A DNA stretch of 64,000 nt. Source: Camelus dromedarius. Lineage: Eukaryota. The position numbers were made by a program, and so were the translations under genes. Below the pieces are notes generated by a model, which was not told the DNA's origin, searched no databases, and worked only from the letters and a program-made list of their open reading frames with translations. The stretch covers positions 101,992,001 through 102,056,000 of the forward strand of contig NC_087436.1 of assembly GCF_036321535.1 (NCBI RefSeq). Reading direction: 5' to 3'. Below are positions 1 through 12,122 of the stretch, piece after piece (positions within the stretch are counted from its first letter, which is position 1; each line of letters opens with the position of its first letter).

Positions 1-810
1 TAACTTGCATTTTCCTCGTGATCAACGATGATGTACATCTTTTAACATACCTCTTGGTTGTTTCTATATTTTTAATTATGAACATCCTTTTAAAGACTTT
101 TGTTTTTCTTAAGACAGATTATTTTAAAAATTATTACTGATATTTAAGAGTTCTTTACATATTCTGGATACAAGTTGTTTGTCAGTTAAATTTGTTGTAT
201 TTTCTCCAAATATATAATTTGGATTTTCATTTTCTTTCAAGTTTTTCTCTTTTTTTAAAGGTTGAGGTATAATAGACAAATAAAATTGGAATATATTTAA
301 AGTATACAACATTATTATTTGGTTTATAGGTACATTATAAAGAGATTCCCACAATAAAGTTAATTAATATATCCAACACCTCACATAGCTATTTTTTCCC
401 TCTCTCTCTGTTTTTTTGTTTGTTTGTTTGTTTTTTTTGGTGAGAACACTTAAGATCTGCTCTTAGAAGATTTCAGAACAGCACTATCATTTCATCAAAA
501 ATAACTTTTGAAATCAAAATTTCTAATTTTGATGAAGTTTGAATATATCATTTTTCCCTGTGATGAGTATTTTGTCCAATTTGAGACAACTTTGCCTAAT
601 CCAAAGCAGTGAAGATTTACTTCTATTTTTCTTTCCATAGAGGTATTGTAGTTTCAGCCCCAACACTTGGGTCTTTGATTCATCTTCATTTGACTTTGGC
701 ATATGGTATAAAGTAGTGGTCAAAGTTTATCTTTCGTTGTTGTTCTATACATCTCCAGTCATTCTGATAGGATTCCTTAGTCAAAAAACAGTTAGCCATT
801 AAAAAAATCA
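1..810 (-). mobile_element. Degenerate L1 (L1M) ORF2 3' portion, interrupted by a second L1 3'-end fragment
   Basis: Antisense L1 phrases such as 'agagttctttacatattctggatacaagt' and 'tttgcctaatccaaag'. The minus-strand ORF ends in LTDKQLVSRICKELLNI, resembling L1 ORF2 'SDKGLISRIYKEL'. Confidence 0.8.
250..490 (-). mobile_element. L1MA/L1MB-type 3' end fragment nested in the older L1
   Basis: Poly-T followed by 'gttgaggtataatagacaaataaaattg...atatttaaagtatacaac' and 'ggtgagaacacttaagatct', typical of an antisense L1MA 3' UTR. Confidence 0.7.
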
Positions 811-3557
811 ATTATTTTGTGTATTATCTTAGAATATAAGATTCAAATACATAAATAAATAATAAAAATGCTCAGACAAGGACCAAGGTTAAATTGTTTT
901 TACTAGTATTTTAACTACCTGCAATATGACCTATAAACTTGAGATGCATCTTAGCCATAAAATTTGTTTTTTTTGGCAGTAGTGCTAGTCCATTAACTAT
1001 GCCTGATCATCGTCATTATAATTATCAATTACATGATAGTCTTTTTTTGAATTCTTGCACCTCTAATAATTTCCTCTTGATCATCTGTATTGCCAAAAAA
1101 ACTAAATATGGAGAATGTAATTCTTACAAATTCCTATAAATGTATGCAGGTGGGATACAATTAAGAAATGATCCAAATTTGGATCTCAAGTTGGAAAAAA
1201 TACTTTTAGAAAGTAACAGATAATTGAAGGGAAGATAACATTAAAAAGTCAATAAAAAGCAAATAATAAAGAAGTTTCTTTTCCCCTGATTCAACTAGTG
1301 AGGTGTTTCAATTCTGCTCTTTTCTTTTTTCAGAATAAAACCAAAATTCCATGCATATGGTCTGTTGGTGTAGCACCTTCAGAAATGTTTAACATTTGGA
1401 CATTTTTGTTCATACTTAAAAAAGTCCGTCAAACATTTTGCATGTAGGATTTGGCCTGGTGCCATTTAAGGAAAGCTTAAAAAACTTTTAATTGCTGCAT
1501 TCAAATTTTGGATGCCACATTAGTGTCAATGTAATGGGAAGCAGAGCTGATGATCCTCTTATCTAAACAAGGGCATGAGATCCATCCAGGGGATGTGACA
1601 GATCACTGGTTAGCAAATGTTCTACCAGCCAGGATATTTTAGCACATGACACAGTATTGTCTGACTAATTATGGGATAGCTCAAAGTAGAGGTTTGTGCT
1701 GATAATCAGGAACCAGAGTCAGTGGAAAGCTAATTGTAGGGTCAGGATTGAACATTTAGAGGTGGTAGCTGTGTCCTGATTTATTAACTCATACAAGACC
1801 ACAGTGAGAAAGGATCAATCATGCTATTTAGCAGATAAATTACATCCTTAATTTTGCAAAGGGAAGAAAGAACAGTCTTTGTGTACGTTATAAACAGACA
1901 AACCTGATTTATTCTGCTGAACCACAAATGAAATAATAACTTTAATTTTGCATTTTAGAACAAACTATATGGTACAGAATGAAAGTATAATCTTTTCAAA
2001 AATGCATGTCTTGAGTAATTAATGAAATGTAAACCTTAGGGAAAAAGTGGTAATTTTTTGATGAAAGTGTTGGGAAAAAGATGCCAATTTTATTACTATA
2101 AATTCAAACTACATTAGACAATATTCCTCAATGCCACTGTTACCATTAAAGTTGTGTTGTGATGCTTGGTTCACAGAAGGAAAGGCACCTTCTTGTTACT
2201 ATATGTAAGAAGTATATGTGTCCCATTTTTTTTTGAATGATACTGTATACTAAATTAACCAAAAGTGTAGCACATCCCAGAGACAGTTTGCCAACTAAGA
2301 TTAACAGCACCCAGATTGAGATTAATGCAGCAGGTACAGGAACAGAGAAAGCAAGACCAAAATGACTGCACTTTCAAACTTAATTTAGAAAACGAGAGAA
2401 CTAAGAATAGAACACTTTAAATAAAAAGAAGAAAATGAATTTACAGTGTATGAGAATGCTGAACTTTTTCAAATGTTAAAAAAAATTGTCATAGATTATC
2501 ATCATTAGAGTAATTCTACAATTGCTTGAGAGGGTGGAAAAACCATGACTAGAGAATGAAAAAGTATGTGGATATAGGTTGGGATTCTTTCCCACACAAA
2601 CAGGGCATATTGGGATTGGAATCAAGTACTTTATGGAACATTAAATAAGCCCAGTTGTTTTCTCATTCTTCTGGAATGGCTGATGAGTTTAAGTCCCTGA
2701 TCTTTGCAGGTGACAATGGGGAATGAAATAGGAGGGAAGCTGGCCAGTAGGACTTTGTATCTCTTTACCCACTAGGACATCTTCAGTCTGTCCTATTCAA
2801 ACAGTGTTTCGCCAACTGTTTTCAATTTTATATATTAGATTATACATTTATCTTTTAGCTGTAAAGCAGATCAACACCTAAAAATTATATTTGAAACTGA
2901 AGAACAATTTCTACTGTATTGTCATACCCAGGAAGTCTACCATGTTGTCATTGCAGCCAAGGTCACAAACACTGTTGGCTGACCCAAGAATATATAAAAC
3001 TCACTGATAATTGGCTCACAGGATGTTCTTATGTATGGAGAAAGTGAGTCATGAGACAGAAGAACACCTGGGGGGGACTGGGTAAATTTCTCAGGTAAAT
3101 CTTTTTATCCCCATTGACCCCTGAGTATTTAACATTTCTTTTTTTAAAACATTTCTCCAAGGTGTATTATAGCACAAAATCAGACTCATCTTGATAATTT
3201 GATTGTTAAGTATTTGAATAGTAGGTAGAAATTTCAGTTGGCAAATAAGTGCATAATTAGTTCCATATTGACATACAAAATCCAAATTATGTAGCCTTAT
3301 GTTTGCCCTTTACTTTAAAATTCTGTACAAGTCTTTCATCAATATTCAAGCATTTAAAAAATACATAACATTAGAAACTTCTGTGAACTGTATGAGGAAT
3401 ACCTGCTTACTTAATATGCTGGAAAATTATCTGAAAATCTAGAAATCTGTTATCATATTCAATGAGTCTAATGATGAGTTAGTAAAAGAATATGATCAAA
3501 AAAGTTCTCCAAAATATTCCTTATTCCAGATATGTCAACAGTGTCATAATCTTCCAC

Positions 3558-3917
3558 ATTTCTGGAAGGAATTGTGTCCCCCCAGATTCATATGTTGAGT
3601 CACCCCAATATGACTCTATTTGGAGATAAGACTTTAAGAGGCAAAGTTAAATGAGGTCATAAGGATGGAGTCCTAGTCCAATATGACTGGTGTTCTTATA
3701 TGAAAAGGAAGAGACACCAGGGACACACAAGCACAGAGGAAAGTCCATATGAGAAGGCAACAGTCTGCAAGTGAAGGAGAAAGACCTCGGGTGAAACAAA
3801 TCTACCAACACATTGATCTTGGACATCCAACCTCCAGAACTGTGAGAAAACAAATGTCTTTTGTTTAAGTCACTGGGTCTGTGATATTTTGTTATGTAGC
3901 CCTAGCAGGGTAATGCA
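3558..3917 (+). mobile_element. MaLR solo LTR, MLT1A/MLT1B-like
   Basis: Contains 'gaattgtgtcccccc...attcatatgttga', 'ttaaatgaggtcataagg', 'cctccagaactgtgagaaaa' and ends 'taatgca'. 5-bp TSD TCCAC at 3553-3557 and 3918-3922. Length about 360 bp. Confidence 0.9.
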
Positions 3918-6439
3918 TCCACATAAAACAAGGTAATTGTTTATTCAGATATGCAAATTGCCTGTTTGAAATATTTCTGATGGCCTGAGAGACTCTGGAA
4001 AATGGACAAGGCACAGGAATAAATCCTAGACTCTATTCTTAGCAATGGGTATAAAAGACTTGATTCTAAAGCACGTGCATTGGATTCACTGTAAGTCAAG
4101 GACATGTGGGACAGGCTGAACATGTTAAGTAACCACGTCTGGTTCATTTGCTGAAGTTATTGGTAAACTTTATGAAAATTAACTATTTGGACTATGCCAA
4201 TTCATAGTTAACTCTTTTAACATTTAGCTGACTGTAATTAATTTAGAACCAGCTACCAGAAATTTGACTATAAATGTTTAGAAATAATTTAAATTTTCTG
4301 AAGTCTAAAGAGTAATTGAAGCATATATATACACATATGAAATCTATCAAAATAGTATATATACATATGTATATATATGTAGGTTATATTTATGGTAACT
4401 TTGTTTATTAAAATTTAAATTTATCTTATAGTTGCCATAATGTCAAAATCATTTACCAAGTAAGATATAAAATCCAGTGCCTTCTTATATACTCAAATAG
4501 TTGCTCAATAATGCTAAGGGAATATATAAAGAAATAAGATTACTAACCAGGTTAATATCTTATTTTCCCTTTCACTTATAATTTACTTTATTGATGTCAT
4601 GAAATATGTTTAAGCTTGTTTTGGTATAGTTTTTATATATGTGCGTTTATACATATATATTTAATTAGCACTCTATACATGCTTATGTGAATATAAAAAC
4701 ATTATTTGGTCATAAACTGATGTCAAAATAATGAATGAGAGGTTGGGTTCTTTGTTATCATCTGAGTGGCTTATCATTAAAAACATATTCCATAAACATA
4801 TTTCAAGTTTTTTTACAGTTGTTAATGAAAAAGTTCATAAGCCTAGGTCTTGTAACTCATTAGACACCTTTCCCAAGATGTTACACAATATCACAGGAAA
4901 GAACTTGTTTCATTAGGAATCAAAGAGTGTTATCAGCATGAAAGCACATACTATCCTTCCCTCATCCTACTTTTCTCAGCATCCTAGTCCCTTACAGATA
5001 TGCCCAGACACAGCTGGAACATTCAAACACACAGGGAGAGAACTATCAACATCCCAAGGTTTGCATTTGCCACTAGCAGATCTCCAGGTGTTTACACATC
5101 TCTAGAGTAATGCCTACCCCAGTGTTCTGTCTGGCTGAGGATTTATTTGGATATTCAGGTCTTGCCTTATTGATGGTAAGATGCATTTTAGACATTTTAC
5201 CAGATATACTTCTAACCAGTACCTTGAAGGCTCTCTGAAATCCCTGAAGGAGATAACTAAAATTCTCTAGAGTTCCTAAAACAACTTTTGATGAAAGAAC
5301 AGAAACCACAGGGCACATGAGTTACCCTGATCACATTTTATTCTATATGAAACTTTTGGTTATACATTTCCAGAGAACTTCAGAAGTCCTAGACTCCCAA
5401 AAGTTCTTGGAAAGTCTTTCACTGAATCATAGTTTAACAACCACCTGAAAGAAAACACGATGTCCCTCCCTGAAACTCACTGCACTGTAAATCCCATTTG
5501 AGCCCCTTTTTTCATTCAGTGCCTGAATCAGTTCTTCCTCATCTAAACACTGCACTGACTCTTCCAAAAATACCCCCTAATTCACAATAGGATCCTCTCT
5601 AAGATCTTGGTCTTACCTGAAATGATGTACAATTTAAAGGAAATTAAAGACTTCTTTCTGCTCAGAATTTAATACCTAACTCAAATTCTGCAACAATTCA
5701 AGTTTAGTAACTTTGGAAATGCAAATTAATACAAACATCTTAATTAATGGACAAATTTAGTCCTAATTTCTTAGTGTTCTCAGCTAGGCTATATGCTGAG
5801 ACGTTTCTTACCCTTTGCCATGATAAAATGGAGAAGTATTTTATCTTAAAATATTAATTTACTGAGTAGCATACACATAATTGAATTTATAGGGGAAAAA
5901 CAAGGGAGATAAAAAGCTAAACTTTAGCAGATTAATAAAGACTACATTTAAATTGATAGTGAAGGGAGGGGGATGAATTCCTATAATTATGAAAAAATAA
6001 TTTTAATTATGTTTTTAAAAAGTATTAAACGAACGTTACCTGCGGCAACATAGATATGCATAGCACTCTGTTACAAACTCCAGTCCACCAGTAAGCTTTA
6101 TATGAGAACTACACTGAAATTTCAGTGCAAAATATATGAATGAAAGGAAACCAGAAGATATCTATAGTTTTTAAAATAAAAATCTATGCTAACCTAAAAA
6201 ATATTATTTTTTACTAATCAAACAATTATGTTGAAAATACACGATGTTGCACAGGTACCAAATTGGCCAATATAAATTTTGGGAAGGAATTTGATATTAG
6301 CTAGTAAAAATGAGTTACAACAGAAATGTATTGAAAAGGAGGAGGGCTGGTAATTCTGGGTTCTGTCTTGTTGTGCGTGTGTGTGTATTTCCCTTTTCTT
6401 GACACATTTTTTTCAAATATGACGATCTTCAGCCCTGTA

Positions 6440-6585
6440 GCAGCCTTTGTATGAGTCCCCGAATGTGGAGAGAGGAAAACGCTACGTGGAGATGAAGGCA
6501 GATATCAGAACGATGTTTGTACAAGCTAAGGAACTCTGACAATTGCTGACAATTAACAGAAGATAAGAAGGAGCCATGGAACAGA
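6440..6585 (+). mobile_element. MLT1 (MLT1B/C-like) LTR internal fragment
   Basis: 'gtggagatgaaggcagatatcaga...acaagctaaggaa...agaagataagaaggagccatggaacaga' matches the MLT1 mid-section. Confidence 0.6.
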
Positions 6586-7654
6586 CTGAATATTTACAGA
6601 CTGAGATCACAAAAATAATATTAAATTTGTCTAGACTTGTTAAAGAAATCCATCACTCCTTTTTAAATGTAAACAGGGGTTATATTTACATTGATGTGAA
6701 ATTCTCTCTCTCATGTCATATCCTGGGTTTCTACTTTAGTCCACCAAACTGACTTCACTTGAGAATATAAATGCCACTGATAGATTTAAGGAGGAAGGTT
6801 TAGGGTGGTAGGTTCATGGAAGGAGGTATATAAACAAACTAAAAAATGTTAAAAACATGGCTTAGTAACATGGCAGGATGGGCGGGGTAACACAGGTCTT
6901 CTGGAATCTTGTTAGACTCTTCGGTGTAGAAGAATTAGGTCCAGAGGAGAGGGTTTTCACTTTCCACCTTTCTGCCTTATGATTGAATTTCAATGCCAAT
7001 GGGATTTTTACACATTCAATGTGAATATGGGTTATCTGATTAACTGATGAAGTTAGGTACCGTTGTTGTTGTTTTCAGATTTGTTATCGTAAACAGAATA
7101 ATGAGCTGATTTTTTGTAAGAAATGAATGAACAGGATGCACCAACACCATGGAAAGAGGAATAGAATCATTGCCCTCTTCTCATTCCCGTCCATCGCCCA
7201 CCCCAGATAGTATTCATAAATGAATGAATGTCTTCCTGTTCATTCTTCTGTAGGCAGAAAAGGAAAGTGCACACACCTAAGCTTTGGTAAAAAAGGTAGG
7301 CTTGGCAGTGAGTTTTGTGTAGGCTGGGGCAGAGGACCCAAACCCAGCTGTGCATCTTAGTATTGTCATTGTGAATAAGAATATCTGTGGTTGGCATATG
7401 AGCCTCTGCTTTAAAAAACCTTTCCTGTATTGGAACTATATTTGGAGCCCATGTAGGCAACCACTCTTCCAATGATTCCTAGTATTTCCTGTCCCCATTC
7501 TACATTCTGATGCAATGACTATTCAAGCAAATTCATAATCATATTATTAAATGTTGAATAAATTAATACAAGAAAAAATAAGTGACTCATATAATTGCTG
7601 GATTAAATCTAAAAACAATGCATAGATACACTACATAATTTTGAATAATGGAAT

Positions 7655-7875
7655 CATTTATTAAAACTTAACATAGTACCTGTAAAGGTGCCATACAGTG
7701 TGTTAGGTGAGATATACATATATATATATATATATATGTATGTATGTGTGTATGTATATATGTACATACCATTTTAATACTCATAACAATATTATGAGTT
7801 AGGTATTATCATATTAGTTTAATTTGTTATGATGCTATGTAGCTTATAAGTAGAAGAACCTGAACTTGGCTTCTA
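7655..7875 (-). mobile_element. MIR SINE containing a TA/TG microsatellite
   Basis: Antisense MIR core 'tttaatactcataacaatattatgagttaggtattatc'. (TA)n/(TATG)n run at about 7712-7768. Confidence 0.55.
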
Positions 7876-8491
7876 ACCAAGTATTTATTTTTCTTTTTGC
7901 TATAATAGTTCATTAAGTGTCAAACAATTAATAATTAACAAGGCTGGAATTAGAGATCAATTTCTTTCACCTAAAATTTAGCATCCTACTAAATTTGTCT
8001 TCATATTGACAGCTTTCCCAGAGCAATATATTGACAACAAAAAAGACCTTCCAGCAGAAAATAAAAATTAATCTCACCTCTGAACAAAACAAAGAATCTC
8101 ATTTGCATGAATACTTATGTAATGATGACATAACCTCTGTTCCCAAAATTGCTATGTTAATGATGTGTCTCAATATGAATTCTTCTTCAAACCCATGGTT
8201 ACATGCAGCTAGTTTAATGACAGACATCAGTCTGGAACCTCATGGAAGCTGCAATTGTACCCTAACTTTCTGCTTTTATAACTGAAAGGAAGTGTTGTAT
8301 TCATTCCAAAAGCATCCAATTTGACATGAGGCCTCAACTCCCCATCACAAAGGATTTGTGACCTCAAAATTACTCTGATCTCACTATAAAATGTAAAAAG
8401 TTAAATTTCCAATAAATATACACTAATGGATATATTTTAGATTTCTATAAAATTTTCCCATAATATGGTCTTAATTATCTTATTATAATCC

Positions 8492-8637
8492 GGGGGGAGT
8501 ATAGCTCAAGTGGTTGAGCACGTGCTTAGCATACAAGAGATTCTGGGTTCAATCCTCCTCTAAAAATAAATAAACCTAGTTAACTCCTCCCCTAATTTAA
8601 TAATATAATAATAAATATATAAAATATTTTCAAAAAC
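8492..8637 (+). mobile_element. tRNA-Ala-derived SINE, camelid Vic-1-like
   Basis: Begins GGGGGGAGTATAGCTCAAGTGGTTGAG (A box), followed by CTTAGCAT (AGC anticodon-like loop) and GGTTCAATCC (B box), then 'aaataaataaacctagttaactcctcccc' and an AT tail. Possible TSD ATAATC at 8485-8490 and 8638-8643. Confidence 0.85.
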
Positions 8638-10755
8638 ATAATCTAATAAGCACCCCAACCAAAACCAATTGTATGTATTCAAATATCTACAGTCTTGTGT
8701 AATGTTAAATTTCAGAATTATAGTTTTGAAGAACTGCATGATCTCTAGTTTCTTTTGACTTTCAAAGATTAGTAATACCTGAATAACATAGAAAAGCATT
8801 CTCTGCTAAGGTATTGAAGTGTTAATAATACTTTAGTATAACTTTAGGAAATATAATATTCATTAGGAATATATTAATTACTAATAATTATTATCAGTCA
8901 TACATCTACTTTTTCTCAATCAGATTAGTAAACAGAAATTTATTTCATGAAATGTATATTTCAAGAAAACCAAATGAAGAATTTTTTTTTTTTTGGTCAG
9001 GAGAAAATTTTCATGAACCAGATACTCAGCTGAAAAAATTAATCTGAAGAGAAACATTAATAATGCAAACCTAGCAGTAAGTGTCACCTGAAATCTAGCC
9101 ACAACACATTTGTTTCCACAATGCTAGCTTTCTGTATGCTCCTATGATTTTGACCTTGATGTGCAATTATACCACTATTTCTGCCATCCAAGGTTTCCTG
9201 AAGGGTGGAGCAAATAGATCAAAAATTGTGAACGGGGGAAAGAGGCAAAACAGCAGTAAACATACTCAGAGACTACATAAAAAGAGGCAAAGAAACGGCT
9301 CAACATAATAATACAAATGAAATCTTACTAGTGCAGTAGTCACTTTGCTTCTCTTCTTTTGCACCATAGTGACAGGTGTGTCTTTATTTCTAAAAGAGTT
9401 TGTTACCCTCATAATGTAATGGTTCCTGCTAGAAAAAAAAAAAATCTATGCCTCATTACTTTCAATCTCATTTGCTTCTCCATGTTACATTTAAGAAAAT
9501 GAAAACAAGTTAAAATGCTCACATATCAATTTTACCAGTCAGGGGATTTCTAGCTGGATTATGCCTAAGGTAGTGCAATATATTAAACCAATTGGGGCGA
9601 GAAAATTTATTTGGTAAATGCATTGAAAAATATTCAGCATATCTTCTGCATTTATTTCTTATGTTACTCTATAATGAATGCACATGCTTCTTGGAATCAT
9701 TTTTAATAGACAACATAAGTAATGTAATGGAAAATAATGAAGTATATTATTAACAAAATTGTCTTTCTAATTTGTTAATTGCAAAACTTCAAGCAACCAT
9801 TCTGTTTTACCAAGTTAACAGAACACCAAATTTGCACTGTAAATGAAAACAGTGCCTTTTTCTGTTTTTCCCTATATTTGTTTCACCTACATCAAGCATT
9901 ATATTTGGATAATATGTTTTAGAGTTCAAAGGAGCTAATAAATTACATGCTTGTCTTCACCCGAGTTCAGAATTTTTTGCAGTGTATAGGTGATGAATTA
10001 AACAAATGGACATGAAGTATCAGCTTAAGTATATGCAAAATTAATTTGTAGAATGTGACTTGATCTTTAGACACTTCAGACTTCTGATATTGCTCCTGAT
10101 TTGAACTTGCCTTCTAAAACTGGGTATTTCTTTTTTGAGGAATATAACCCATCTCCATGAGCATTCTCTGTAGAGAAATTGATCCAAAGGAGAATCTAGA
10201 GAGATAGAACATGGAATGGTCAGTCCAACGCCCAGAGAAGCAACCACAGGAGATGTATTTGCTAAGCTTAAAGTTTATCAGAAAGAAAAGCAGGAAAGGT
10301 TGATGGCAGAAAGTTTTAATCTCCTGTGCAATGGAGATCGCCAAGGGCTTGGAAGAGGAAAAATAGGAAGGTATAAGTCACTAAAGCAATCAGAGAGGGA
10401 TGATTTCTCCTGTTGTGGACAGATCACAGGACAGGTTAGTATATTAAGGATTCTGAGACCAGTAGTCCATTGACACTGAGGATTCAAGCAATATGAGCAT
10501 CATGCTGTATCACCCTCAGCCAAAACACTGATGCTCTCAACATGGAATCTGGCCTCAGCGGAAGTGGTGTGGCAGCGGATATAAAGAAACCAGAAAAGAA
10601 GTATCAACATGAGAGGCTGTGAGGAGACCTAGGATACAGAAATCTGTGAGCTCATTTAATGTATCTATGGGATGCAATGCCTTTCTGAGATGGAAAGCTG
10701 ACCGTAGGTATGGATAGGAGTAATACGGAAACAAGTGAAATGTGTGCCCCTAGAA

Positions 10756-10989
10756 GAGAATTCAGCAAACTATAACCTGTGGACCAAATCGGGTCTGCCA
10801 CCTGTTTTTTCTTTGTTTGTTTGCCTGTTTGTTTTGTGTATAATGTTCATTGGAACACAACTATGTCTATTTGTTTACATATTTTCTGTGGATGTTTTCA
10901 TGCTGTAACCACGGAGTTGTTCAGCTGTGACAACAAAGAATAAAATATTTACTATCTGACATTTTATGGCAAACACTTGCTAATCCCTG
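10756..10989 (+). mobile_element. hAT-Charlie MITE, MER58A-like
   Basis: Termini 'tcagcaaactataacctgtggaccaaatc' and 'ttgctaatccctg'; internal 'aaaatatttactatctg'. Flanks CCCTAGAA and GTCTGGAG resemble the NTCTAGAN target. Confidence 0.85.
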
Positions 10990-11569
10990 GTCTGGAGGAT
11001 AACCCCCGCAAGAGCTGTGCAACATTGTGAATTGCCTTAACTCTGTGCATGCTATAGGTTTTTGCAAAGACAAGCACAAGAATGGTTTTTATTTTCAGAA
11101 AGTTTATAAGCATGTTTGAAGAGTGAAGAATTACAGAGGAATATATCAGAATGCACTTGAGAACAGCTTTATTCAAAAACCTCTCCAGAAGAAAGCCAGT
11201 CTGCAAATATGTATTAAGTGCCTCTTCAACTCCATGCCCTGCCTTAGCCACAAGTGTGACAGTGTTGAAAAAGTCAAGTACTATTCATGTTTCAATATAG
11301 CTTTCATCCAAGTGAAAACAGAAAAAATAAGCACATAAATAATTTACTTTTACATAGAGATCGGTCCAGAGTAAATAATATAAAATGTAATAATCTGAGA
11401 AAAGAGGATACATTGGGTCTACTGGAACTAACTCACCACTTGGGACCATGCCCACTGTGCCCAAATGAACCTCAGTGGACCTTCATCTGTGGAAGTGAAA
11501 CATCTACGCTAATTTGTGCATGCTACAGATCGTGTGGTGCTTTATTTCCCACAGTTACTGTGGTGATAC

Positions 11570-12122
11570 CTGACCAATGCACATCACACTTAGAACAACA
11601 TATAAAATCCTTCCGTAAAATCCTTGCAAAGCCTTATGTAATCTACGCTTACATAGTGTAGACTCTACTTTTTGTTTGTTATACTCCAGTCACACTGGTA
11701 TACTTCCTACCCCCTGGAGATGTCAAGAACCTTTCTGACTCAGAGCCCTAATCTGTGAGATACTCTGTGCAATGCTTTTTCCCCTGTGTATCCTTCTGGC
11801 TCTTCCTTTCCACATTCATAAATGAGAATGCATCTCACTGCCTCAGAGGGAGGGCGCCAGACCACACTAAAATAACATACTATATATACACTAGCTTCTT
11901 ATTATGTTAATCTTTCTTCTTATTTCTTTAACCAATTTGATATTTTATTATACATTGTATTGTTTAATTGTTTATTTATTTTCTCTTCCACTAGAATTTT
12001 AACACCTAAAGGGCAAAAACTTTTTATTTGTTTTATTTTCTTCTCTACCTCAGGGTCATAGAAAAGTGCTTAAAAATATAGTGGTTATTCAATATCATAT
12101 TTATTGAACAAGTAAATAAATT
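11570..12122 (+). mobile_element. L2 LINE 3' end
   Basis: 'actccagtcacactgg', 'ccactagaattttaacacctaaagggca' and terminal 'tatttattgaacaagtaaataaa'. Confidence 0.7.

Noticed and set aside
8492..8560. tRNA-Ala-like sequence as a tRNA gene
   Set aside because: Acceptor and anticodon stems are disrupted and it carries a SINE tail, so it is called a SINE.
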